Below the pieces are notes generated by a model. That model did not search any database and was not told where the DNA came from. It worked only from the letters and a program-made list of their open reading frames with translations. The translations under genes were made by a program, and so were the position numbers. Below, piece by piece: positions 19,957 through 29,173 of a stretch of DNA of 64,000 bases. The number at the start of each line of letters is the position of its first letter. Position 1 is the stretch's first letter. The stretch is from an uncultured virus (IMG/VR IMGVR_UViG_3300013119_000533) (lineage: Duplodnaviria > Heunggongvirae > Uroviricota > Caudoviricetes). Location of the stretch: the IMG/VR virus record IMGVR_UViG_3300013119_000533, positions 1 to 64,000 of that record. One strand, written 5' to 3'.

Positions 19957-22900
19957 TTATAATGTCTGTGATCCAGATAGGTACTGAACTACCACAACAT
20001 CATCAGCGTCCATTGTAAGGGTTTCATGCAAGAAAACCTCGCCGCCGTTATAGTCGATTCTATAGTCACCGTCTCTTGGGTTACCTGCAACGCCGTTACT
20101 CTTCACAAGAAGAAGACCATTGAAGTAAACCATCTCCGAACCAGACACCATTGAGATGTAAGATCCTGAAGGAGGTAGAGAACAGGTTGTATATAGCGAT
20201 CCAGAACCCTGAGTTGGCTGTGATCTATTCACAATCTTCTTAGAAGATCTACTGAATATTCTTCTGTGCCAACCGACGCTCAACTGACCATTGTTGAATA
20301 CAAGTCCACCATGTGAATTGGTTGCGCTTTTAACGATATCGCAATTGAGATGCGCTTTCTTGATCACATCATTTGTAACAATATCATTCAACTGCAATTT
20401 ATCAACAGTGAGCGTATGCGGTGTTGTTTTGGATCCAGACAATATATCTGAAGTTATCTTATGGATCGTTGCCGTTCCAGAACCAGAAATGGTTGACGTT
20501 GCCGTCAACGTTCTAACTTCAATCTTGTCAACATCAAGTAAGTGTCCATCTACAGTAGAACCAGACACCGTACTAGTGATCGTCATTGACACGCCGTCAA
20601 CATCGTTACCAGTAAGTTTGTCTGTATCTAGGGTATGCGCCTGAACGGTTGTACCCGAGACTGTTGTAAACGTAGCTGAGGTGCCATCCAGATCTCCAAT
20701 GTTTGCTTGATTTGAATCAATTTCAAAGATCTGTGCGAGAGCACCCGTTACAGTCTGCGCATTGAAGGTAGAACCACTCATAATCGAGTCCTGGTTACCG
20801 ATCGCAGTGTTGATTGTTACAGTGTGGAAAATACCCACTGAACCAGAGATAGATCCCGTGACACCAAATCTCTGACCACCATCACTGACAGAACCACTCA
20901 AGGAAGCACCCTGTGTTGATCCGATCTTTAACAAGAGATCAAGTCCTGCTCCAGAACCAGCGTCACCCATAACAATACTTGCTACGCCAGCTGAACCAGT
21001 ACCTGCTGTACCACCAATCTGAAGACCAGCGCCTTCGGCGGCCACGCCTGTTGAACCACTTGCGTACGCAATGTACTGCTTTTGTGGAACTTCGAAGTGT
21101 TCAGATGTTGTCACGCCAGAAGTAATCTTTCTAGCTGAAAGGTCATCTACCACAATCTTGTAGAACTTACCAGATGAACCTGATATGTCATTACCAGTAA
21201 CAACATGGAGGTTCGAAGTTCCAGAAGATGTGATATTGGTTGCGACTACCTTGCGGAAATCACCCTCATCACCATCAATCTTGTGAATTACTGACGTTCC
21301 AGAAGATGTGACTACGTTTGCGGTTGCCTTATTAAAGGTACCTTCGTCCACGTCTGTCTTATGGAATGTAGAAGTTCCAGAACCAGTAACGACTGTTGCA
21401 ATAACCTTGCGGAAATCACCTTCGTCTGAATCAAGTTTATGAATTTGTGCCGTTCCAGAACCAGTGATCATATAAGCAGCACTTGCTCTAGCAGTGGAGA
21501 ATTTAACCCCACCGAACGTTCCCTCATCAACATTAATCTGGTGGATCGATGCTGTACCTGAACCAGAGATCACAGAAGCGCCTGAATCTAGGTTTAATTT
21601 TCCTACTGTCAATGCATCAACATCACCCTTATGAAGGGTAGACTCTGCTGTAGACGACGCGGTTAACACACTTAAGTATGTCGTTCCGTACTTGTTTCCA
21701 GCTGCACCAAGATTGAGTCCGCCATCAGTAGATGGTTGAAGTGTTGTTGCAGTTAGATCCAATTCGTCTGTTCCGTTAATGTTCAACTTAAGTGTAGTTT
21801 TTGCATTAACCGTCAAAGTAGTTTTGGCACTAGAATAAATCTCGCCAGTAGATCCTGAAACACCAGTATAAGCAAAAACTACTTTACCAGCATTTGAAGC
21901 AGTCAAATGTACACCATCTGTGGTAATCTTAGCGATACCATCGAAACCACTTCCGTCGTTATACTGAATTGCTCCTTCATTACCTCTCGCTGCATTCGAG
22001 AGAGATAGTGCAGTCTTCAGTTGAGTAAAACTAAATGCCTTGGTTTCATTGTCTGATGCGTCACCACAATAAAAATAATCACCATTCACAAAGTCAACGT
22101 GATCGTTTCTTGCCTGTGCTGATGTATCCAAATGAACAACCTGAACAGATCCAGATCCAATATCATCTCTCTGTACTGTACTCGAACCTAACTTAACTGT
22201 TGTTACGACACCATCTTTTATTAACTTGGTGCCTATCTTTGTTACTGCCATTGATGCTCCTCCTACGGCTATGTAATCGCTAAATGAGCTGGCGGTTACG
22301 TGTACCTGCCCGCTATCAAAACTATACTTACTGGTGGCGAGTTCTGCCCATGCACTGGAAGCGTTCGACCTTCTAAAGATTCTTATTGCCGATGTGCTAC
22401 CTGTGATGTTCCAAGATAGAATCGCAGGACTACTAAAAGATGTACCGTGAGGAACAAATCTAATAATGTCTGACGATGCTCTTGGAGCAATAATCGCTGT
22501 ACCTAATGCTGAAATATCCGTTGTCGCTGTGCCTTTGCCAGCACTTTGAGATAGAATCGCTACTGTTACAGTGGTGTTACCAGATAGCGCTCCAGCTGGG
22601 ATATTTGCTTGAGCGGAAGGGTTAGTGTCAGTGTTACCTGCTTGTACCAATCCACCGTTTGCTGCCACAACAGAACTAGACACCTCGCCATCAATGGCGG
22701 TGGGTTCCACAGCACCTTCGGTTCCCAGACCTGTTGTAAAGACATGAAAGTTTGTCGCAGACTGGTTAAGGGAAGCGTTTCTGCCTGGTTCCAAAGAAAG
22801 TATACCACCTCCAATAAAGATCTGCCCTGGGGCACGATCTTCTGGGTTGGTGTTGTAAATCTCTGCCATACCAGATTGAGTTAGAAACTCCGATCTCCAC

Positions 22901-23946
22901 CCACCTGGATATCCTCCAGTGTTTGATCCATTCTCTAGAACATACACAGAGTCAATCGTAAGTGTATCGTGGTAAGTCGCATCCATTCTGTAGAATATCG
23001 AACCCTTATAGTGCTTCGAACTGTAACCAGTCAAAGCTCCCGAACCACCGTCGAAAGAGGACCCAGTCAAAGTATATGCTGGTTGATTTTGTCCAGAATA
23101 TCCCTGCGATGAAGATGCGTGAACTTCTACTTGTGCGTTGTTGAAAATGAGAAGTGAATTACTTGCCGTATGCCACTCCATAGTCATACCAAAGTAAGAA
23201 CTTGCCTGAGAACCAGTTATTGAGTATGCTGATGCTGCACCAGCACTTGGAACGTATGATGGCCATCCGTCCAAACTGGATCCTGTTCTTTGAACAATCC
23301 AAACTTTATTGTTGTTGGAATCGCCAACTGCGAATTCGTCATTTGTTCTCAACCATCTCGCAGAATAAACATCCTTTGAGGATTGGTTCGTAACTCGCAC
23401 TGTTTGTGTCCAGTTCCAACCCGCATCGGCGTCGTCTGCAGAACCCGAGTTGAAGACCCAGACATACTGATCGCCAGCAGAACCAGGTTCATGGTATGCC
23501 AACAATGCGTCTTTGTCCGCACTTATCTCAAGTTTCCAATTTGTTGCGCCTGATGAGTTGTCATTTCTGGTTATGACCTTGTGAAGACCAAAGTCGACGC
23601 CGCCGGCTGATGCCGTGACAATCCCCATTTCTTCGTATGCGTCATTTGTTGTAAAAATAAACTCTTTGTTGTTAACCCACACAAGATCGATCAATCCACT
23701 TGTTGTTCTCTGTGGGACAGAGGATATTAGATCCCAGACACCATTCGATCCAGACTTTCTAACATCAATACCGTGATTTAAACTTGAGTCGTTGTTCCTA
23801 TACCTAGTAGGAATAATCATCAACTCCCCGTTTGGACTAACCAAACCTGAACGATAACTTCTGGCATCTGCTGAACTCAATGAAGAGGAAACTGGTCCTC
23901 TCGTGTTTAGCACTCCAGCCTTATTATCTAATATTGTATAAGCCAT
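19957..23946 (-). CDS. long fibre-like virion protein: N-terminal beta-rich domain + ZU5-like domain + fibre module
   Basis: 1329 aa, Ser/Gly/Thr-rich; residues 566-1329 align with the whole 758-aa neighbour; 26-aa repeats; AGGAG SD. Confidence 0.7.
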   Translation of the reverse strand: MAYTILDNKAGVLNTRGPVSSSLSSADARSYRSGLVSPNGELMIIPTRYRNNDSSLNHGIDVRKSGSNGVWDLISSVPQRTTSGLIDLVWVNNKEFIFTTNDAYEEMGIVTASAGGVDFGLHKVITRNDNSSGATNWKLEISADKDALLAYHEPGSAGDQYVWVFNSGSADDADAGWNWTQTVRVTNQSSKDVYSARWLRTNDEFAVGDSNNNKVWIVQRTGSSLDGWPSYVPSAGAASAYSITGSQASSYFGMTMEWHTASNSLLIFNNAQVEVHASSSQGYSGQNQPAYTLTGSSFDGGSGALTGYSSKHYKGSIFYRMDATYHDTLTIDSVYVLENGSNTGGYPGGWRSEFLTQSGMAEIYNTNPEDRAPGQIFIGGGILSLEPGRNASLNQSATNFHVFTTGLGTEGAVEPTAIDGEVSSSVVAANGGLVQAGNTDTNPSAQANIPAGALSGNTTVTVAILSQSAGKGTATTDISALGTAIIAPRASSDIIRFVPHGTSFSSPAILSWNITGSTSAIRIFRRSNASSAWAELATSKYSFDSGQVHVTASSFSDYIAVGGASMAVTKIGTKLIKDGVVTTVKLGSSTVQRDDIGSGSVQVVHLDTSAQARNDHVDFVNGDYFYCGDASDNETKAFSFTQLKTALSLSNAARGNEGAIQYNDGSGFDGIAKITTDGVHLTASNAGKVVFAYTGVSGSTGEIYSSAKTTLTVNAKTTLKLNINGTDELDLTATTLQPSTDGGLNLGAAGNKYGTTYLSVLTASSTAESTLHKGDVDALTVGKLNLDSGASVISGSGTASIHQINVDEGTFGGVKFSTARASAAYMITGSGTAQIHKLDSDEGDFRKVIATVVTGSGTSTFHKTDVDEGTFNKATANVVTSSGTSVIHKIDGDEGDFRKVVATNITSSGTSNLHVVTGNDISGSSGKFYKIVVDDLSARKITSGVTTSEHFEVPQKQYIAYASGSTGVAAEGAGLQIGGTAGTGSAGVASIVMGDAGSGAGLDLLLKIGSTQGASLSGSVSDGGQRFGVTGSISGSVGIFHTVTINTAIGNQDSIMSGSTFNAQTVTGALAQIFEIDSNQANIGDLDGTSATFTTVSGTTVQAHTLDTDKLTGNDVDGVSMTITSTVSGSTVDGHLLDVDKIEVRTLTATSTISGSGTATIHKITSDILSGSKTTPHTLTVDKLQLNDIVTNDVIKKAHLNCDIVKSATNSHGGLVFNNGQLSVGWHRRIFSRSSKKIVNRSQPTQGSGSLYTTCSLPPSGSYISMVSGSEMVYFNGLLLVKSNGVAGNPRDGDYRIDYNGGEVFLHETLTMDADDVVVVQYLSGSQTL
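21232..21465 (-). repeat. 26-aa (78-nt) coding tandem repeats in the long fibre
   Basis: TGSGTAQIHKLDSDEGDFRKVIATVV / TGSGTSTFHKTDVDEGTFNKATANVV / TSSGTSVIHKIDGDEGDFRKVVATNI, with degenerate flanking copies. Confidence 0.85.
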
Positions 23947-24008
23947 AATTTAATTATTCTCCTTTTGTTATTATGTAAAATAAAATAACAAACACATAAA
24001 CGAAACAA

Positions 24009-24028
24009 GAGGGGGGGTTACCCCCCTC
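24009..24028 (-). terminator. rho-independent terminator
   Basis: Hairpin GAGGGGGG-TAAC-CCCCCCTC followed by TTGTTTCGTTT on the minus strand, between the two fibre genes. Confidence 0.7.
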
Positions 24029-24039
24029 AAAACTAAGAC

Positions 24040-26316
24040 TTAAGAGATCGTTCCCGAGAGAAACTGAACGACAAGAATATCGTCAGCATCCATAGTAAGA
24101 CTCTCGTGCAATTCAACTGTCACAGGACCATTGCTGCTGTTGTAGTCAATGGTATAGTCACCGTCGACTGGCGGTCGCTGCGTTGCTGGTGCAGGGATGA
24201 GAAGAACACCATTTAGGTATACCATCTCGGAACCTGACATGATGATCGTCGGAGCCCCGCTTGTTGTTGCCAAAGATGCAGTCGTATATAGAGAACCAGA
24301 ACCCTGTGCAGGTGCTGCTGCTCTGTTTGCAACAGATGTATCTCTAGAGAAAATCTGTCTCTGGTGTCCAATACTCAAAACACCGTTTGCAAAGTTAAGT
24401 CCACCGTTACCGTTGTCTATATCATAAACAATATCTCTGTTTAAGTTTGCTGCCTTGACAACATCAGTCGAAACGATAACACCCACGTTCAATTTGTCTG
24501 TGTCCACATTGTGTGCGGTCAAGACTGAACCAGATAATACATCTGAAGTTACCTTGTGGATTGTTGCTGTTGCTGAACCAGAAATGGTCGATGTTGCATC
24601 TATTCTTCTAACCTCGATCTTATCGACGTCAAGAAGGTGAGCATCAACGGTCGAACCAGATACTGTTCCCGTGAATGTTGCAGAAGTTCCGTCAAGATCC
24701 TGAACGGTTACCTTGTCTGCATCAGTCGTGTGAGCCTGAACAGTTGTACCAGATACCGTAGTAAAGGTAGCAGATGTACCGTCCAAGTCAAGGATGCTTG
24801 CCTGGTCTGCATCAATCTCGTGATACTGTACAATCGTACCTGACAAGGTGTGGAATGTACCCTTAGAACCAGAGAATGATGTTGCCGTCAATCCCTTCGC
24901 TACGTCCAATTCCTGGAAAATACCAAGAGATGCTGAAAGTGTACCAGACACACCAAATAATACTGCGTCATTCTTTCTACCACCTGTGGTTGAAAGCGAG
25001 AGACCCTGTGTGGAACCAATCTTGAAAAGAAGATCAGAACCAGCGCCGCCGCCTGCGTTACCCAAGATTACACTTGCGATACCGCTTGAACCAGAACCTG
25101 CAGTGCCACCAATCTGAAGGCCTGCGCCCTCAACAGAATCACCTGCGGATCCTGATGCCGCAGCAATGATCTGCTTATTAACGATTTCAAAATGCTCTGA
25201 AGTCGTAATGCTGGATTTGTACGTTCTTGCGTCAAGAACATCTACAACCAACTTGCGGAACTTACCAGAAGAACCAGAGAGTTCATCTGCCGTTACGACA
25301 TGGAGGTTTGATGTACCAGAAGACGTAATGTTTGTAGCAACTACCTTACGGAAGTCGCCTTCGTCGCCGTCAATCTTATGGAAGAGCGATGTGCCCGAAC
25401 CAGATACGACAGTACCGATAATCTTGTTAAAGGTACCTTCGTCAACATCAACCTTGTGAAAGAGTGAAGTGCCTGAACCTGTAACCACAGGTGCGATAAC
25501 CTTATTGAAAGTACCCTCATCTACGTCAACCTTGTGAATCTGTGCGGTTGCCGAAGCAGAGAGGTTTGTTGTCTTTACAACATTAAATGTTGCGTCATCT
25601 ACGTCCAACTTGTGAAGCGTAGAGGTACCAGAACCAGTGATGGTTGTTGCTGTTACCTTTCTTGCGTCAAGACTATCTACATCCAACTTGTGGATTGTGG
25701 AAGTTCCTGAACCAGATACTGCATCAAGATACAGTGTTCCGTATTTCTTTGCTGCTGCACCGAGGTTGAGTCCACCGTCCGAAGAAGGCTGAAGTGTTGT
25801 TGCATTTAGGTCCAACTCATCGGTTCCGTTGATATTGAACTTTAATGTCGTCTTTGCATTGACCGTCAAAGTGGTTTTAGCGCTAGAATAAATCTCGCCA
25901 GTAGAACCTGAAATTGCAGTGTATGCAAACACTACCTTACCGCCGTCAGAAGCGGTCAAGTGAACACCGTCTGTTCTAATCTTTGAGATAGCGTCCATCG
26001 CATTTGTGCCGCCTTCGCCGTGAAACTGAATGTGTCCTTCGTTACCGACAGCTGCATTAGATGCTGAAACCGCTGCTTTGAGGTGTGCGAACGTGACCGT
26101 CCTCATGCCACCGCTTTTGCCCTTAGATGCGGATACGATTAAGACGTCGGCATCCTCAAGATGCGCCACGTCGCTACGTGCTTGGAATAGGTCTAAGTGA
26201 CCGACTTGAACTGAACCTGATGCGATCTTATCGCGAGTTACTGCGGAAGTATTTAACTTCGCAGTTGTGATGGCACTATTTGCCAATAGTTTTGTGCCAA
26301 TTTTTGTTTTAGCCAT
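24040..26316 (-). CDS. fibre-like virion protein (paralog of 19957-23946)
   Basis: 758 aa, starts MAKTKIGTKLL, AAGGAG SD, 26-aa repeats, C-terminal MVYLNGVLL...GDY domain. Confidence 0.7.
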   Translation of the reverse strand: MAKTKIGTKLLANSAITTAKLNTSAVTRDKIASGSVQVGHLDLFQARSDVAHLEDADVLIVSASKGKSGGMRTVTFAHLKAAVSASNAAVGNEGHIQFHGEGGTNAMDAISKIRTDGVHLTASDGGKVVFAYTAISGSTGEIYSSAKTTLTVNAKTTLKFNINGTDELDLNATTLQPSSDGGLNLGAAAKKYGTLYLDAVSGSGTSTIHKLDVDSLDARKVTATTITGSGTSTLHKLDVDDATFNVVKTTNLSASATAQIHKVDVDEGTFNKVIAPVVTGSGTSLFHKVDVDEGTFNKIIGTVVSGSGTSLFHKIDGDEGDFRKVVATNITSSGTSNLHVVTADELSGSSGKFRKLVVDVLDARTYKSSITTSEHFEIVNKQIIAAASGSAGDSVEGAGLQIGGTAGSGSSGIASVILGNAGGGAGSDLLFKIGSTQGLSLSTTGGRKNDAVLFGVSGTLSASLGIFQELDVAKGLTATSFSGSKGTFHTLSGTIVQYHEIDADQASILDLDGTSATFTTVSGTTVQAHTTDADKVTVQDLDGTSATFTGTVSGSTVDAHLLDVDKIEVRRIDATSTISGSATATIHKVTSDVLSGSVLTAHNVDTDKLNVGVIVSTDVVKAANLNRDIVYDIDNGNGGLNFANGVLSIGHQRQIFSRDTSVANRAAAPAQGSGSLYTTASLATTSGAPTIIMSGSEMVYLNGVLLIPAPATQRPPVDGDYTIDYNSSNGPVTVELHESLTMDADDILVVQFLSGTIS
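25327..25716 (-). repeat. five 26-aa (78-nt) coding tandem repeats
   Basis: Consensus [ST]GSGTSxxHKxDxDEGxFxKVxATxx, five consecutive units. Confidence 0.9.
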
Positions 26317-26396
26317 TTTAATTGCTCCTTAGTGTATGTTTTTTATTTTTTCACTAACAAAAACCAACAGCACATTAAACGGACTGGGTTTGTGAA

Positions 26397-26612
26397 TTAC
26401 GAAAAGAGAACCTTCTTCAGATTTCTAACGTTATTATCAAACTTACAAAACTCACTATTCAAGAACTCTAACGAAAGAGCTTGGCACTCACCTAACCTAT
26501 CATCAAACTCAAAATGAAACTTTCCTGAATCTAATCGCCTACATCTAATCAGGTTAATACCCTTTAACTGCAAGTAAGCGGCGATTCCTATATCAGATGT
26601 TGTAAAATTCAT
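26397..26612 (-). CDS. small DUF5659-like protein
   Basis: TSDIGIAAYLQLKG...FHFEF pattern; GAGG SD; ACTATTTA motif upstream. Confidence 0.55.
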   Translation of the reverse strand: MNFTTSDIGIAAYLQLKGINLIRCRRLDSGKFHFEFDDRLGECQALSLEFLNSEFCKFDNNVRNLKKVLFS

Positions 26613-26640
26613 ATTATACCTCTCTCACTTTAAATAGTCT

Positions 26641-27078
26641 CTACTGCTTAACAAACGCTAAATTTCCTGTACCGTTGGAATCTAATTCCAATGTGTATCC
26701 TGCGTTTGGATCTAACTTATACTTTTCTCGAAGAAGTTGTAAGATTTGCTCATTACCTTCCCTGATTCTCTCAATCTCTTCTAACATTAGAATTTTTTTC
26801 ACCTCATGATCTCTCATGTAGATCCCATATTCAGTAAGTTTACCATTCATATTATCCCTACCATCGAGCAATGATTGGGTATCATCTGGATATAAAACAA
26901 CATAAGAGTCGTCAAAGGGTTCCTCTTCTTCCTCTTCTTCTTCCCATTCTTCCTCAAGATCGTCGGGATCCATACCCGCCTTAAGGGTTTCTGCGGCAAG
27001 TAACGCCTTGTTGGCCAATTCTGGATTTTCTTCTTTCAAATCATCCAGCATTCCCAATAATTTATTTAAAACTGACAT
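26641..27078 (-). CDS. acidic hypothetical protein
   Basis: 145 aa with poly-Glu tract and coiled coil; AGGAGG SD. Confidence 0.7.
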   Translation of the reverse strand: MSVLNKLLGMLDDLKEENPELANKALLAAETLKAGMDPDDLEEEWEEEEEEEEPFDDSYVVLYPDDTQSLLDGRDNMNGKLTEYGIYMRDHEVKKILMLEEIERIREGNEQILQLLREKYKLDPNAGYTLELDSNGTGNLAFVKQ

Positions 27079-27095
27079 TCTCGCATCCTCCTTCT

Positions 27096-28319
27096 TTAAT
27101 CAGCAATATAACTAAATAGTATGTTCGCCTCATTCTGGGGCGCTTCTTCGAAAGTAACCACCCTACCAGACAAAGTATAGTCATTATCTGCCCCGATAAG
27201 CATCAAAAGACCTTGGTTAAACACCATAAGTGTTCCTGCAACAAAATCCTCTGGTACTGTAAATTGTGTAGTCGATCCGTCAGCTGTCTCGGTGGGTGTT
27301 TGGGCAACTTTGTAATTAGTAGTTGTCACAGAGTCTGCAGAAGATGACGATCCTCCACCTCCACCACCGCCTGTGGTAGCTTCCGTTGTTGTTGCGCCTG
27401 GGTTTCTAACTTGCTTGTAGTTTGCAATATTGTCATCAACCTTTGGTAACAACAAGTCTGATTTAAGTCCTTCAAGTCCATACAATCTCCCGTTTACAGT
27501 ATCTAGGTCATCACCAGTAATTATCCTCTCCCTCGGTATCTTAACTTCAACAATGTTTTCTCGAATAGAAACATTTGGTTGAAGTCTATTGACATTCTCT
27601 CCAGTTAGCCACCCAAGAACCTCAATGTTGAGTTTTGTCTCAAACTTTCTTTCTTCGTTTGAAAAGTTGCTTATATTGTTGTTCTGAGAGAAGTCCTCCT
27701 GTATAAACGCTTCATACCTTAATCTCCCCTCTTCAATTATTACGTAATTGATGCCACCTGGTCTTGTTATGAAGGGTGTCACTATTTGATTCATTTGTTG
27801 TTGATATTCCGTTCTTAGGGTTATTTCATACTGGACCGTGACATAGACTGGTAGTGGGATTGTTAATGTCTCATAGACTATCTTGCTATTCTTCTTTGAG
27901 AAATTTAATTGTCCTGCCCTTTTATACATCGAAGCATTTGCAAAATTAGAAGTCTTATCTTGCTTAATTCGCCTGGAAACTGATATGGATCCGCCCTTTA
28001 CTTTATCAATAGGTGGAATATTTGCAAACACAGTACCCTTCCTCGAAGGATCCTTGGTGATGTTAGATCTCTCTATTGTTATAACTGGCAGAACCAGGGT
28101 ACCGTCCTTGTCCCTGAATCTACTATCCTTCTTACTTTGAAATAACCTTTCAGATGAAGTCCATACCACTGGCACTTTCTTAAACCCAGTTGGCGTAATG
28201 CACCTAATGTCTAGCGTTTCTTCTATAAATTTATGCATTGCTAGATCGATCGTTTCCATCGTGGACGGGGGAAAAGGAATATCTTCCAATCTTCTAGATT
28301 TTGTGACTGATAATACCAT
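27096..28319 (-). CDS. tail completion/terminator-like protein B (gp15-like) with extra C-terminal domain
   Basis: LPVITIERS, PLPVYVTVQYEITLRTEYQQQMNQI; poly-Gly/Ser linker then MVFNQGLL...NDY domain. Confidence 0.6.
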   Translation of the reverse strand: MVLSVTKSRRLEDIPFPPSTMETIDLAMHKFIEETLDIRCITPTGFKKVPVVWTSSERLFQSKKDSRFRDKDGTLVLPVITIERSNITKDPSRKGTVFANIPPIDKVKGGSISVSRRIKQDKTSNFANASMYKRAGQLNFSKKNSKIVYETLTIPLPVYVTVQYEITLRTEYQQQMNQIVTPFITRPGGINYVIIEEGRLRYEAFIQEDFSQNNNISNFSNEERKFETKLNIEVLGWLTGENVNRLQPNVSIRENIVEVKIPRERIITGDDLDTVNGRLYGLEGLKSDLLLPKVDDNIANYKQVRNPGATTTEATTGGGGGGGSSSSADSVTTTNYKVAQTPTETADGSTTQFTVPEDFVAGTLMVFNQGLLMLIGADNDYTLSGRVVTFEEAPQNEANILFSYIAD

Positions 28320-28327
28320 GCCCTACC

Positions 28328-29173
28328 TCACAACCCATATTTTGCCAACTCATCTGGGTCGACAATGGTCCTTTCTTTTGGAATCTTAACTTCTACGATT
28401 GTCTCATTAACTACCTTGTGAGGTGTCTCTTGATTTATGCCACTTCCAATCAGGTGCCCAAGCACCTTAATATCGAATTTTGTTTCGAATTTTCTTTCTT
28501 CGTTTGAAAAGTTGCTTATGTTGTTTTCATGTGAATAGTCCTGCTGGATAAATCCTTCATACCTGTGATTACCATCTCTGATGATGATATAGTTAATGCC
28601 GCCTGGAACTGTCATAAAAGGCACTACAAGGTCGTTCATTTGCTGCTGGTACTCCGTTCGGAGGGTAATCTGATACATCACCGTAACATAGACTGGCAAG
28701 GGGATAGAGACCGTCTTATACACGGTTTTTTCAGTTTTATCTGGAAAGTTCAATTGCCCTCTCCTTCTCTTGGAGTGGGCGTTCTTGTAGTTGGAAGTCT
28801 TATCTTGCACGATCTTCTGCATAACGGGGATGGTGCCACCCTTTATCTTATCTGTTGATGGTATGTTTGCCCACACTGTGCCCTTCTCGCTAGGACTTTT
28901 TGTCATCGAGGTCCTCTCGATAGTGATAACTGGCATGATTAGAGCGCCTTCAGCATCCCTAACACGACTATCCTTTTTGCTCAACACTGATCTTTCAGCT
29001 GATGACATTATAACTGGTACTTTCTTAAACCCAGTTGAGGAATTTACGTGTAGATTCATTTGCTCATCCACGAACTTATACATAGCAGTATCTATATTCT
29101 CAATTCTTGAATCGAAAATACGCTTGCCTTCGTAGTCGTTAAGTTGTTCGCTGAATGGTTTATGACGTTCCAT
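28328..29173 (-). CDS. tail completion/terminator-like protein A (gp15-like)
   Basis: Paralog of the previous gene (MPVITIERT, PLPVYVTVMYQITLRTEYQQQMND); follows neck genes. Confidence 0.6.
   Translation of the reverse strand: MERHKPFSEQLNDYEGKRIFDSRIENIDTAMYKFVDEQMNLHVNSSTGFKKVPVIMSSAERSVLSKKDSRVRDAEGALIMPVITIERTSMTKSPSEKGTVWANIPSTDKIKGGTIPVMQKIVQDKTSNYKNAHSKRRRGQLNFPDKTEKTVYKTVSIPLPVYVTVMYQITLRTEYQQQMNDLVVPFMTVPGGINYIIIRDGNHRYEGFIQQDYSHENNISNFSNEERKFETKFDIKVLGHLIGSGINQETPHKVVNETIVEVKIPKERTIVDPDELAKYGL

Noticed and set aside
21232..25716. Fibre repeats as a diversity-generating retroelement TR/VR pair
   Set aside because: Both copies are coding, the differences look largely synonymous rather than adenine-specific, and no reverse transcriptase is present in the window.
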